From positions 457,994 to 521,993 of the forward strand of contig JBFXEV010000001.1 of NCBI GenBank assembly GCA_050179755.1: a DNA stretch of 64,000 nucleotides, given 5' to 3'. Under the pieces are notes generated by a model. The model was not told the DNA's origin and ran no database searches. It worked only from the letters and a program-made list of their open reading frames with translations. The number at the start of each line of letters is the position of its first letter. Within the stretch, counting starts at the first letter, position 1. Position numbers and translations under genes: made by a program. This stretch comes from Candidatus Babeliales bacterium (lineage in GTDB: Bacteria > Babelota > Babeliae > Babelales > JBFXEV01). Below are positions 36,714-47,497 of this stretch, in pieces.

Positions 36714-37169
36714 ATGAATATGAAGCAGTTTACTAACAAATTACTTATCATAGCTCTATGGTGCTCTGCAACATATCAAGCGCATGCCGAATACCAAAAA
36801 CAACTAACGCCTCTTGAAGAACGCTTTTTACAAGCTGCCAAAAATGATAACATGCGTGAGCTTAAAGACGCTATTAAAGCCCGAGTTAATGTACTGGTGC
36901 GTGATGGCACGGGGTACCAAGCACTCCATTGGGCCGCTCGCAATGGCAATAATGATGCAATTACCTTACTTGTAGATGAAGGCGCCAACGCAGAAGACGC
37001 TGAAAATAGAGATCATTTAACGCCCGCGCAAGTAGCACACGACATGCACCATAGAGATACAGAAGCTATGCTCACTAAAATTGCAGACGATCAAGCTGCG
37101 CGCCGACGCGTGAAAACACAATATTATATACGCAGCACTGGCAGCATTAAAACAAACCCTCGTGAATAA
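36714..37169 (+). CDS. Small secreted ankyrin-repeat protein (paralog of the previous gene)
   Basis: GYQALHWAARNG, LLVDEGA, LTPAQVA. Confidence 0.85.
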   Translation: MNMKQFTNKLLIIALWCSATYQAHAEYQKQLTPLEERFLQAAKNDNMRELKDAIKARVNVLVRDGTGYQALHWAARNGNNDAITLLVDEGANAEDAENRDHLTPAQVAHDMHHRDTEAMLTKIADDQAARRRVKTQYYIRSTGSIKTNPRE

Positions 37170-37223
37170 ATTCTCCACACAATCTTTTTGATAATGCTAT
37201 ACTGGCATTATTAAGGAGATAAC

Positions 37224-37925
37224 ATGGTGTGGTATATCATTTTTTTATGCATCGCAAGCAATGCACAGCAATGCATGGCAATGGAGCACTCTTGCTCGCA
37301 CGATAAAGCCAACATTGCTCAAAAAGAGCATCAAGCTTGCGCCAATGCTCTGGCGCGCAAACCAAAACCAACTAGAACTTTGGCCAAACCAAAAAAACAG
37401 CCTTTTAATGCTTCAGAACAAGATCCCAAAATACGCGTGGTAATTGAAATTTCAAGTATAGCAGACTATCAAAAAGGAGAAGTTGCCAATACTACTGCAA
37501 TCGATTTTTCAAGTAATAACCTTAGCGAGCTACCGCAGTTACATGGTTATACAAAGCTACAAGAAATTGACTGCTCTGGTAATGAATTCCGTATCGTGCC
37601 ACCACCTTTGTTTCAATGCTTGGGGTTACAGCGAATTTTTTTACAGCATAATCTTATAGAAATCATTCCAAGTGCAATACATATGTTCGGTCACCTTACC
37701 GTGCTTAATCTTGCCCATAATTATCTGAGAGAGTTACCAAATGAGCTTAGTAGATTACAAAAACTAAGAGATTTGAATGTCTCGCACAATGCAATAACTT
37801 CAATTCCTGCCTCTATTGCCCGTCTTGCGCAACTATTTCATTTTAATATCAAAAATAATCAGCTTACTCAAACTCTGGTTGACGCACTTAAACAAAAAAT
37901 GCCCAATACTACCATTACATGGTAA
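37224..37925 (+). CDS. Secreted leucine-rich-repeat protein
   Basis: 23-aa LxxLxLxxNxLxxLP repeats; signal CMA-ME. Confidence 0.9.
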   Translation: MVWYIIFLCIASNAQQCMAMEHSCSHDKANIAQKEHQACANALARKPKPTRTLAKPKKQPFNASEQDPKIRVVIEISSIADYQKGEVANTTAIDFSSNNLSELPQLHGYTKLQEIDCSGNEFRIVPPPLFQCLGLQRIFLQHNLIEIIPSAIHMFGHLTVLNLAHNYLRELPNELSRLQKLRDLNVSHNAITSIPASIARLAQLFHFNIKNNQLTQTLVDALKQKMPNTTITW

Positions 37926-38015
37926 CATACGTTACGTTCCGCTAAAAATTGTAAGAATGCGCTTAAAATGGTATAGTTATTCATTGCAGACGTACGTTCT
38001 TCCACAAAGGTGCAT

Positions 38016-39005
38016 ATGAATACGCAATTACCACAAAACGCTCTTATTGAAAAAATTAAAGATGAAAGCTATCGCTTTTCACAATTAAGCCAAGAAGTTG
38101 CCAAAAAAATTGTTGGGCAAACAGAAAGCATTAATTTTGTTATGATCGCCATTCTATGTAATGGCCATATTTTGCTTGAAGGTGTTCCTGGCGTTGCCAA
38201 AACAACAATGATCAAAGCAATCAATGAAGCGCTTGGCTTAACGTTCAAGCGCATTCAATTTACGCCTGATTTATTGCCAGCCGATCTTATAGGCACTTTA
38301 ATCTATAACCAAAAAACACAAGAATTTGAAACAAAAAAAGGCCCCATTTTTGCCAATTTAATTTTGGCAGATGAAATTAACCGCGCTCCTGCAAAAGTGC
38401 AAGCAGCACTTCTTGAAGCAATGCAAGAACATCAAGTGACCATTGGTTCTAACACGTTTGCCCTTGATGAACCGTTTTTAGTATTTGCAACACAAAACCC
38501 TATTGAGCAAGAAGGCACGTATCAACTTCCCGAGGCGCAAGTTGACCGCTTTATGTTTAAACTCAATGTGGGCTATCCTACGTATGAACAAGAAAAGCAA
38601 ATTATTAATGCTCATACTAATAAACAAGAAATCAAACAAGTACTTTCAAAACAAGATATATTTGAAGCACAAAAGTTAATTAATTCCATTTATATTGATG
38701 AAAAAATTGTAAACTACTTAGTAAATATTGTATTTGCAACTAGAATGCCAGCAGCCTACGGCTTGAAACAATTGGCGCCCTTGATACACTATGGAGTATC
38801 TCCACGCGCAACACTAGCTTTGCATCATGCCGCGCGTGCGCATGCATTTTTAAAACAACGGCATTTTGTAACACCAGACGATGTTAAATTAGTATGTCAG
38901 CCTATTTTACGTCATCGACTCATTCTGACTTACGAAGCCGAAGCGGAAGGCAAAACTTCAGATGATATTATTAAAACCATACTTACGACCATTCCTGCGC
39001 CGTAA
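38016..39005 (+). CDS. moxR: MoxR-family AAA+ ATPase
   Basis: HILLEGVPGVAKT, RIQFTPDLLPAD, DEINRAPAKVQAALLEAM, ATQNPIEQEGTY.LPEAQ.DRF. Confidence 0.93.
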   Translation: MNTQLPQNALIEKIKDESYRFSQLSQEVAKKIVGQTESINFVMIAILCNGHILLEGVPGVAKTTMIKAINEALGLTFKRIQFTPDLLPADLIGTLIYNQKTQEFETKKGPIFANLILADEINRAPAKVQAALLEAMQEHQVTIGSNTFALDEPFLVFATQNPIEQEGTYQLPEAQVDRFMFKLNVGYPTYEQEKQIINAHTNKQEIKQVLSKQDIFEAQKLINSIYIDEKIVNYLVNIVFATRMPAAYGLKQLAPLIHYGVSPRATLALHHAARAHAFLKQRHFVTPDDVKLVCQPILRHRLILTYEAEAEGKTSDDIIKTILTTIPAP

Positions 39006-39038
39006 CAGTGGTAGTGTGAACTAAAAAAGGGAAGCTGG

Positions 39039-40193
39039 ATGAAACATCCATTTTGGTTGATCAATAGTATTTTACTTATTACGCTCTTGCTTGGTGTAAG
39101 CTTGATGCTATTATTTCGTCCAAAAAAACTTGCACTTGAATCATTCGAACCAGAAAAAGAAGAAATAAAACTACCGCAACAAAGTTTACCTAAAATTGAT
39201 CTTGCAAAGATTTATACTAACGACATTTTTAATACCTATAGCGCACCCACAACACCAACGGAACAACAAGCCGCTGAAATTCCTGCCGTGCCACAACCGC
39301 CACGCCCTGAGCCTATTAAACCTGCGGTTAAACCAACACCAAAATTACTCGAACCACTCAAAGTTACGCTTAAAGGGATCATGCTCACTGGCAATGATGC
39401 TACCAATATGGCAGTCATTGAAAATACACAAACAAAGCAATCAAAAAACTATCGCGTTGGTGATAAGATAGAAGACGCTCAACTCATACGCATTATGAAA
39501 AACAAAATAAGCATAGTACGCTCAAATGGCCAACAAGAAACGCTCTATGTTAATAAACGAGATGCACAGCTTGATCAATTAGTGCAGCCGCAGGGTGATT
39601 GGTCAACTATTATCGCCAAAGTGCAAGAAGGTGCCTATACGATTGATCCAAATGCATTCATTATCAAAGTGCGTAACTTGGCGCAATTTATAGACTTGCT
39701 TAATCTTACTACGGTGTATAAATCAGGCAAAAGCATTGGCGTACGCGTTGGCAAAGTGCAAAGCAATGGACTTGCAACAGCGCTTGGGCTCCAGATGGGT
39801 GACATTATCACGCAAGTAAATGAAATGCCTGCCGACACCACAGATAATCGTTATGCAATTTATCAAACACTCACCAAGTTAAAACTAGATGCTACCATTA
39901 AGTTGCACTTACAACGCAATGGCATTGATCAAACAATAAGTTATACACTTAAAGAAATGGACATTTTGGAAGAAGAGCCACAAAAATCTACTATGCAAGA
40001 TGTGGTATATCCTGAAAAAACTATGGCTGATGTGCAAGCAGAGCGGCAACGCATTATGCGCGAACAATATCGCTTTGCGCCAACTGCTCAAGAACTAGAC
40101 AGAGAAAAGAAACGTACTATGCTTGATACCGCCCCCCAATCAACGCCACGTAAGCGCAATGTACTCACCGAGTTGGTGGAATCACCACATTAA
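39039..40193 (+). CDS. gspC: Type II secretion protein C with PDZ-like domain
   Basis: N-terminal TM, Pro-rich linker, LKGI..AVI..YRVGDKI HR domain, LGLQMGDIITQVN PDZ; upstream of a secretin. Confidence 0.85.
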   Translation: MKHPFWLINSILLITLLLGVSLMLLFRPKKLALESFEPEKEEIKLPQQSLPKIDLAKIYTNDIFNTYSAPTTPTEQQAAEIPAVPQPPRPEPIKPAVKPTPKLLEPLKVTLKGIMLTGNDATNMAVIENTQTKQSKNYRVGDKIEDAQLIRIMKNKISIVRSNGQQETLYVNKRDAQLDQLVQPQGDWSTIIAKVQEGAYTIDPNAFIIKVRNLAQFIDLLNLTTVYKSGKSIGVRVGKVQSNGLATALGLQMGDIITQVNEMPADTTDNRYAIYQTLTKLKLDATIKLHLQRNGIDQTISYTLKEMDILEEEPQKSTMQDVVYPEKTMADVQAERQRIMREQYRFAPTAQELDREKKRTMLDTAPQSTPRKRNVLTELVESPH

Positions 40194-40208
40194 ACGAATG
40201 AGCCAAAC

Positions 40209-42761
40209 ATGAGAACAGAGTTTACCGCTAAATTATACCATATCATACTATGCTCGCTTATTGCCCTCCCGTTGCATGCTGTCATAAAAGAAGAAGCCAC
40301 CGCTGAACAAAAAGTTCCTTTAAAGCGTCAAGGCATCATGGCAAATATGGCTGATCAACAAGATGCAGATATTCCACTTGAAGGCCCTGGCCTTGCAACC
40401 ATAGAAGAGCGCGGACCAGGGCAAGCAAATCGTGTGCAACAATCGGTAGAGGAATTTACCCAGCCACCTGTGCGGCCCGATACTGCCGTGGATGATGAAC
40501 AGAATAAAGTAGAAGTAAATTTTGAAGAAACCGATTTATCAAATATCACCAGCTGGATCTCAAAATTATTTGGTGTTTCGTTTATATCAAACGATGCAAT
40601 TAATCCACCACCAAAGACGGGTGGGCTTATTGGAAACAATAAATTAACCTTTAAATCTCACATACCTCTTACCAAGCGGCAAGTTTGGGATTTATTTGTT
40701 ATCTTCTTGGACCTTTCTGGACTTGCAGTACGTTCATCTTCGATACGATCTAATTTTTATCAAGTAGCCCCCGTCTCGCGCCAGTCGCCAGACCCTATTA
40801 CCAACCAACCATTGCCTTCATTTGTAAACGTCGATTGGCATGCATTGCCTGATAACGATCAGTATGTGCGTTATGTTTACTTTTTACAAAACATGCGCTT
40901 GCAAGCAATCATGGATGTGCTCAATGATTTAAAAAGCAAAAATGCGCAAATAGCTCAATTGCCCTATCTTGATGCATTTATGATCACGGATAAAGCGTAT
41001 AATATTCGTACGCTTATGCAGGTAGTTGAAGAGCTTGATGGTGTAGCATTGCCTGAAGCAATGTCCGTTTTAAAACTAAAAAATGCTGATGCAGAAGAGG
41101 TGGGTCAACTTTACAAATCGCTCACATCTGGCGATCAGCAAGAGCGGCGAATTGCATCATTCTTGGGCCAACGTAACGTGCCTACTAAAAAGTATTTTCC
41201 TGAACATGTAAAAATAATTGTAGAAAAACGCACAAACTCCTTAATTATTTTAGGCGACCGTAAAAGTATTCGCAAAATAGAAAATTTTATTTCAAATTAC
41301 GTTGATACAGAATTAAAACAACCCTATTCACCGCTCTATGTCTATGACTTGCAATATACTAATGCAAAAGATATGGCACAAATACTTGATGAAGTAGTAA
41401 ACAGCTATAATAAAGATTCGGTGGCTCGTGAATATGGCAGCGTACGCCGGGGCGAAAAATATTTACAACCGATGGTGTTTGAGCCAGAGCAAGAAGGTAA
41501 TCGCTTGCTCATTAAAGGTGAAAAGGAAGATTGGCTTATGGTGCGCCGTATCATAGAACAACTTGACGTACCGCAACCACAAATTGCTATTGAAGTGCTG
41601 GTGGTCAACGTAACAGGTGATGATAATAAAGAGCTTGGCGTACAAATCAGAAATAAAACACCCGAGCAAATTAACCCTAATATTGATTGGCAATCTTCTG
41701 GTTTGCCTGATGGCGTTGGCAACTTTAATCAACCAGTAGTGCGACCTGCAGGAAGCGTTAATCCTGGTAGCATTGCAGCAGACTTAATCACGCTTGCACA
41801 ATCACAAACAGTAGGTTCAACACTTGTTTCTATTGGAACAGCCGCAACCGGTGGCGTGTGGGCATTATTAAAAATGCTTCAAACACACACGCGTACCGAA
41901 ATTTTATCAAACCCTTACTTGGTAACTACCAATAATTACGAAGCACTCATTTCACTTGGTGAAACACGACGTGTAGTATCATCTACCGTTGTTTCTGGTA
42001 GCACGAGTGAAAGCTCGCAAACTGATAAAACAGCGGCACTCACCGTGCGCGTAAAACCACAAATTAATCGTGAAGGCATCATTAATCTTGATATATTCTT
42101 TGAACTAAGTGCATTTACCGCTGCTGCAAACAGCTCAGAAGCTGCAAACACTGTTGAACATAAATCGCGCACCAATGCCAACATTGCCGATGGTGAAGTG
42201 CTTGCCTTTGGTGGTTTTATGCGTAGTGAAGTGGATGAATCTGTTGCCAAAACGCCGTTGCTTGGTGATGTGCCCGTGCTTGGTTGGTTCTTTAAAAACA
42301 AAACCAAACGAAAAACAGTTAATAATGTTATGGTGTTTATTTCACCGCACATTATTGAGCCTCGTCTGCAAGGGGGTTTAAGCTCGTATTCAGAACATAA
42401 AGTAAATACGGCGCGAGAAACATTATGCTATGGTGAACGAGCAAACCAAAAGAGAGACCCTATCCATAGATGGTTCTTTAAAGATAACGTTCGCTTTGAA
42501 CAAGATAAAATTGATAATTTTATTTTAGAAAAAGAAGAAGCTGGTATTATTTCTGCAAAAGAAATAATTGAGGCCGGCGAATCTGAGCCATTGCTCACCA
42601 ATATTCCCGATGAAACGGCACCACCTTCTATTACACCTGATGCGCCAAGACCAGTACTTGCCCAGAATAAAGAACCGCGCACGCGTAAGCAAAAAAAGAA
42701 ATCTATTTTTACTACGTTTGAACCAGATAAAACCACTAAACCTACGGGAGTAACTGCATGA
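40209..42761 (+). CDS. gspD: Type II secretion secretin
   Basis: N0/N domains (VNFEETD, RTNSLII), LDVPQPQIAIEVLV, secretin core KTPLLGDVPVLGWFFK..VFISPHII. Confidence 0.92.
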   Translation: MRTEFTAKLYHIILCSLIALPLHAVIKEEATAEQKVPLKRQGIMANMADQQDADIPLEGPGLATIEERGPGQANRVQQSVEEFTQPPVRPDTAVDDEQNKVEVNFEETDLSNITSWISKLFGVSFISNDAINPPPKTGGLIGNNKLTFKSHIPLTKRQVWDLFVIFLDLSGLAVRSSSIRSNFYQVAPVSRQSPDPITNQPLPSFVNVDWHALPDNDQYVRYVYFLQNMRLQAIMDVLNDLKSKNAQIAQLPYLDAFMITDKAYNIRTLMQVVEELDGVALPEAMSVLKLKNADAEEVGQLYKSLTSGDQQERRIASFLGQRNVPTKKYFPEHVKIIVEKRTNSLIILGDRKSIRKIENFISNYVDTELKQPYSPLYVYDLQYTNAKDMAQILDEVVNSYNKDSVAREYGSVRRGEKYLQPMVFEPEQEGNRLLIKGEKEDWLMVRRIIEQLDVPQPQIAIEVLVVNVTGDDNKELGVQIRNKTPEQINPNIDWQSSGLPDGVGNFNQPVVRPAGSVNPGSIAADLITLAQSQTVGSTLVSIGTAATGGVWALLKMLQTHTRTEILSNPYLVTTNNYEALISLGETRRVVSSTVVSGSTSESSQTDKTAALTVRVKPQINREGIINLDIFFELSAFTAAANSSEAANTVEHKSRTNANIADGEVLAFGGFMRSEVDESVAKTPLLGDVPVLGWFFKNKTKRKTVNNVMVFISPHIIEPRLQGGLSSYSEHKVNTARETLCYGERANQKRDPIHRWFFKDNVRFEQDKIDNFILEKEEAGIISAKEIIEAGESEPLLTNIPDETAPPSITPDAPRPVLAQNKEPRTRKQKKKSIFTTFEPDKTTKPTGVTA

Positions 42762-44386
42762 TCAAAGATCTCTTTATTCCCCAAAAAATAGATGGGTATT
42801 ATATTTTATCCCAAGACATCCTTGGCGTAGTTATAAATAAAACGCACGTGCGTGCAGCGCTGGTTACTGCACAGGCAAAAACATTAACCATTAAAGATTT
42901 TTTTGAAGAACCGCTCAGTACAAACAATGAACTTTCTTATCAAGAACGCGTTGCTAATGCTCTTACTGCTCTACGTGCAAAAGTAGGTACAAACGTTACT
43001 ATACGATCTTCGCTTTCAAGTGCTCAGGTCACCTTTAAACAATTAAAGCTGCCATTTGCTGATCCTGAAAAAATAAAAATGATCTTACCTTTTGAAATTG
43101 CACCCCAACTGCCTTTTGCAATCGAAAACGCCATTATTGATTTTATAGTAGTAAGCGTGGACGAAGAGCGCAAAGAAAGCACTGTCATGGTTGCAGCAAT
43201 TTTAAAAGAACATGTAGCACAGCATATGGCGCTCTTTGCAGCAGCACAAATTGAACCAGATCAGATTACTATTGATCTTTTTGATCTTTATGGCTTATAT
43301 CTTATGGTTCCTGCATATCGAGCACGCAAAGGCGTAACCGTTTTACTTGAACTACAAGCAAGCTCCACACGCCTGATGTACCTGATTGATAACAAACTTG
43401 AGCGTATCAGAACTATTGGCCAGGGCATTGCCCATCTTGCCAAAATTGTAGGGCAAGAATTAAATATTGAAAATGGCGATGCGCTAGAACAGGTTTTGCG
43501 CTTTGGCACCGGGTCTCATGCCCAAAGCAATTATACAACTGCCATGCATCAGGCTGTAGGTTCTTTATGGCAAGCAGTACAGTTTACGCTCAGCTCATTT
43601 GCCGATCAAACAGGCGCTGCACGACCTATTGACACCATTTTACTCGTGGGAGCGTTTGCAACTCTGCCCGGCATTGCAGAATATATCACCGAGCGTAGTG
43701 GCATACCCTGCATGCCATTTGACATACAACTGTTGTTTGAAAATCCACATATAATACAAGGCACAAAAGCAATAACGCCCGATCAAATTGCAAGCTTAAG
43801 CACAGCGCTGCCAAAACCAACCACTGAAAATTTGAACATGCTGCAAGGTGAATTTGCGCCGCAAACCACCAGTTTGTTTGCCAAACAAATAATTTTACTT
43901 GCGGCATTACTATTGCTTTTACTTGGCGGATTACTTGGCATTAGTATATGGCAAACAAGCGCATTACGCTCACAAGAACGCAGAGCAAGCAAAGAAGCTC
44001 TTATTTATTTGCAAGAACTGGCACTCGTCGACGAAGACGTAATGAATTTAACACAAGCAGTAGAAGATGCGAAACTGAAACTCAATAAGCAAGAAGATCA
44101 ATGGTTCCCGTTTTCGCGCCAAGCACGTACCTCACCGCTTAATGTGTTGCAAGCTTTAAGTGCTGCTATGAATCGCGAAAGCCTTGGCCTGCTATTAAAG
44201 CGCCTCGTGATTGCCGAAGATCATGTGACAATTGAAGGTTCAGTAAAAAACTGGGAAGCTCTCACTACACTTCAAAACGAACTTGAAAAATCAAAATTAT
44301 TTGCCTATATACCAAAAGAAGAATTTCAAGATTTTTCCACCTTTAATGTAAAATTGTTATTAAAAAAGAAAAAGGGCGCACTATGA
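42758..44386 (+). CDS. gspL: GspL/PilM-PilN-like assembly platform protein
   Basis: Actin-like cytoplasmic domain (LKLPF..KI..ILPFEI..LPF), one TM, periplasmic ferredoxin-like domain. Confidence 0.8.
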   Translation: MIKDLFIPQKIDGYYILSQDILGVVINKTHVRAALVTAQAKTLTIKDFFEEPLSTNNELSYQERVANALTALRAKVGTNVTIRSSLSSAQVTFKQLKLPFADPEKIKMILPFEIAPQLPFAIENAIIDFIVVSVDEERKESTVMVAAILKEHVAQHMALFAAAQIEPDQITIDLFDLYGLYLMVPAYRARKGVTVLLELQASSTRLMYLIDNKLERIRTIGQGIAHLAKIVGQELNIENGDALEQVLRFGTGSHAQSNYTTAMHQAVGSLWQAVQFTLSSFADQTGAARPIDTILLVGAFATLPGIAEYITERSGIPCMPFDIQLLFENPHIIQGTKAITPDQIASLSTALPKPTTENLNMLQGEFAPQTTSLFAKQIILLAALLLLLLGGLLGISIWQTSALRSQERRASKEALIYLQELALVDEDVMNLTQAVEDAKLKLNKQEDQWFPFSRQARTSPLNVLQALSAAMNRESLGLLLKRLVIAEDHVTIEGSVKNWEALTTLQNELEKSKLFAYIPKEEFQDFSTFNVKLLLKKKKGAL

Positions 44387-44958
44387 AAATATTCGAGCCT
44401 TTAGAGCAGCGTATTGCGCAACTTGATGCCACCACGTTCCGTAATTATCTTATTGCTTTTTTTGCAGTAATTACGCTCATTATAGGGCTTATCTTATGGC
44501 GCTATTATGCTTCGGTACGGTCGCTCCATAAAAATATACGGCGCATTAATGAAGAGCGTGAAGAAGTAAAAGAAATAACCATACGCAGTGAACGGGTGAA
44601 AGGACAACAACGTGTTGTAGAGACTCTTATTAATAAAGATCCTAATTTCAAGATTCTTGGTTATTTTGATAGAGTGCTTGCACAGCATAACTTGATGAAC
44701 AACCTAGTGCGCAGGCCTGATACACGACCAACTGACCTTGATACGGGGCATACTGAAGTTACACTCTTTGCAAGTTTAACTAACTTAAACATGGAATCTA
44801 TTGCTAAACTTCTGGACACCTTAGAGCGTAATGAACGCATAAACACAAAAGAAATTGAAATAACCAAACCTCTTTCTGGGCGCACGGTTAACTTGAGCCT
44901 TACTATTGCAACGCTTGAGCCTGCAAGCCAAGCTGCCGCAGAAACTTCGGAGGAATAA
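44383..44958 (+). CDS. gspM: GspM-like protein
   Basis: TM + coiled coil + small alpha/beta domain, translationally coupled to gspL. Confidence 0.65.
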   Translation: MKIFEPLEQRIAQLDATTFRNYLIAFFAVITLIIGLILWRYYASVRSLHKNIRRINEEREEVKEITIRSERVKGQQRVVETLINKDPNFKILGYFDRVLAQHNLMNNLVRRPDTRPTDLDTGHTEVTLFASLTNLNMESIAKLLDTLERNERINTKEIEITKPLSGRTVNLSLTIATLEPASQAAAETSEE

Positions 44959-44962
44959 TACT

Positions 44963-47497
44963 ATGAACTACATTTCACGCTTCTGTATACTGCTTTTTAG
45001 TTTCTTTTTTTTAGTACCGCGCACATGCGCAGTCGTCCAAGAAGATGCGACCAACACCACGGTAACTGATCGCGTTGCAAAGAAAGAAAAGGATCTTGAT
45101 CTTAATGCGGAATTTATTCGCGTAAATTATACTGATAAACCGGTCTCAGAAGCAGTTAATGAAGTGGCAGCTCTTCTTGGTATTAATATTATGATGCCGC
45201 AAGATGGCAAGGGGCTTGATAAAATATTTTATGAATCAAAACTAACGTATCACTTGCCTGAAAAGATCTCGCTTAAAGAACTCTGGGAATTATTGCTCGT
45301 CTCGCTCCATACCTTAGGTTATATGACACACCAACAAGGCGATTTGCTTGCAATAACTCTGTATCCTAATGCAAAAGACGCTGCGCGTCAGCCGCTCACA
45401 CTTTATCATGATGTGCCGCCAAGCGATTTGCCTAATACTAATCAGATTATTAGATATATTTACCATTTGCGCAATCTAAGTTTGGATATCAGCAAAGATG
45501 GTATTAAAAACATTCTTGAAGGCGTGCTTTCAAAAAACCCTAGCTATCAATTTCTTACGCAAACTAATGCGATTGTGATCACCGATCGTGCTGCTAATAT
45601 TAAAAATGCTATGACTATTATTGCAGAACTTGATGAAGGTGGCTTACGTGATGCGATTGAAGTAATCCCACTCTATTATACGTCTGCAGCATTAGTAGAT
45701 GATTTATTTAACAAACAATTATTTCTTGATCAATCAAAAAAAGGTGCAAGTTCAAAACCAGAGGAAAAACAAATACCTTATTTTCCTCAAAACACTAAAG
45801 TTGCCAAACTAGAACGAAGCAACTCTATTGTTATCATGGGCACCACGCGCTCAATTGATATTGTAAAAGACTTTATTGTTAAATACATTGACCGACCGCT
45901 TGAAACTGGTGATTCAATGCTCCATGTCTATGATTTACAATATTTACGAGCAACAGATTTTGCAAAAGTATTACAAAATATTGTTAAAGGCAGCCAAAAA
46001 CAACAAACAAAAACAGCAGAAGCGCAAGGGCCACAACAATATTTTGAAGATGTGGTAATTATTGCAGAAATTTCTACCAAGGAAGCAGCGCTTACGCCTG
46101 AAACGCAAATTACACAAGTTATTAAAGATGCAGCATCTAGCCAAAAAGATGCCACCATTCAAATTGGTGGTAATAGACTTATTATTGCTGCTCGCAAAAA
46201 TGACTGGGTGCGTATCAAGAAATTAATTGATGAACTTGATAAACCGCAATTGCAAGTGGCTATAGAAGTTCTTATTCTTGATTTAACCGTGGACCACACT
46301 ATGTTTTTGGGAGGTCAAACGCGTAATAAATCAGGATTTAATAACAGTACGTCAGAAGCTATTAACTGGCAATCTGCGCAACTTGCTCAACCAGTTCTTA
46401 AACGCGATGCTAATGGCAACTTGCTTCCTGATGCTCTTATGGCAAATTTATTACAACTGGTTTCCACCACCACCGGATCGGCGATTAATATTGCATCCAA
46501 CTCAGAGCCTGGCTCGTTTATTATATCATTTAAAGATAAAGATAATCTTGGCGTATGGAGCATTCTCCAAATGTTAAACACGTTCTTTAAGACTAACATT
46601 CTTGCGCAGCCATTTTTAGTACTGCAAAATCACAAGCCTGGCTGGGTGTTTACGCAAGAAAATAGATATTTGCAATCAGAAACACAAGGTGGTACTGGTC
46701 AGATTGCTCGTGTAAACTTTGAAGACGTGAGTGCTGGTATTACGCTTGATGTGTTACCACATATTAGTGAAACTGGCAACGTGAATATGCAAATTATTAT
46801 TCAAATAGGTAGATTCCTTACCGCAGCCGGTACCAATAGCCCAAATAACCGCTCAGATCGCGTGATAAGAACTAATGCCAACGTGGGCAATGGTGAAGTG
46901 CTCGTGCTTGGCGGCCTTACGCGTGATGAAGAAGATGTAACTATTACCGAATCACCACTTTTAGGGCAAGTACCCGTGCTTGGATGGTTCTTTAAATCAA
47001 AGCGTAAACAAAAAGTTAAAAACCATCTTATGGTGTTAATTAGCCCTACCATTGTAAAACCATACGTAGAAGGCGGCATGGACGTATTTACTGCGGGTAA
47101 AATGAGTGACGCGCGCGACTCTATTACCGAAGATCTGGCCTTTATCAATAAACGCGATCCTATTACACGATGGTTCTTTAAACCAAATCTTGATTGCCCG
47201 TATCAGGGTCTTGATGATTATCTTGATCAATCATATTATGATGAAGATGTAACGCCAGAAACAGAACTGGGTGCAAGCGCGTTAGAAGCGCCATCCAAAA
47301 TTCTTAAATCAGTAGCAGAACGCTCAAGAACAATTGATTTTGATGCGCCAAATAGTGCACCGCTTGCAACAAACAGCGTGGCCAAACCGGTAACTCAAGC
47401 ACAACCTAGAGAGAATCAACTTAAACAATTGATGCAAAACGAAGATAATCCATTACTCGTCAAGCAACGTAAAGACCAAGCGGTCCTCAATACGTAA
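44963..47497 (+). CDS. gspD: Second type II secretion secretin
   Basis: GGAGG RBS before MNYISRF; LDKPQLQVAIEV, PLLGQVPVLGWFFK; collinear with the first gspD. Confidence 0.9.
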   Translation: MNYISRFCILLFSFFFLVPRTCAVVQEDATNTTVTDRVAKKEKDLDLNAEFIRVNYTDKPVSEAVNEVAALLGINIMMPQDGKGLDKIFYESKLTYHLPEKISLKELWELLLVSLHTLGYMTHQQGDLLAITLYPNAKDAARQPLTLYHDVPPSDLPNTNQIIRYIYHLRNLSLDISKDGIKNILEGVLSKNPSYQFLTQTNAIVITDRAANIKNAMTIIAELDEGGLRDAIEVIPLYYTSAALVDDLFNKQLFLDQSKKGASSKPEEKQIPYFPQNTKVAKLERSNSIVIMGTTRSIDIVKDFIVKYIDRPLETGDSMLHVYDLQYLRATDFAKVLQNIVKGSQKQQTKTAEAQGPQQYFEDVVIIAEISTKEAALTPETQITQVIKDAASSQKDATIQIGGNRLIIAARKNDWVRIKKLIDELDKPQLQVAIEVLILDLTVDHTMFLGGQTRNKSGFNNSTSEAINWQSAQLAQPVLKRDANGNLLPDALMANLLQLVSTTTGSAINIASNSEPGSFIISFKDKDNLGVWSILQMLNTFFKTNILAQPFLVLQNHKPGWVFTQENRYLQSETQGGTGQIARVNFEDVSAGITLDVLPHISETGNVNMQIIIQIGRFLTAAGTNSPNNRSDRVIRTNANVGNGEVLVLGGLTRDEEDVTITESPLLGQVPVLGWFFKSKRKQKVKNHLMVLISPTIVKPYVEGGMDVFTAGKMSDARDSITEDLAFINKRDPITRWFFKPNLDCPYQGLDDYLDQSYYDEDVTPETELGASALEAPSKILKSVAERSRTIDFDAPNSAPLATNSVAKPVTQAQPRENQLKQLMQNEDNPLLVKQRKDQAVLNT

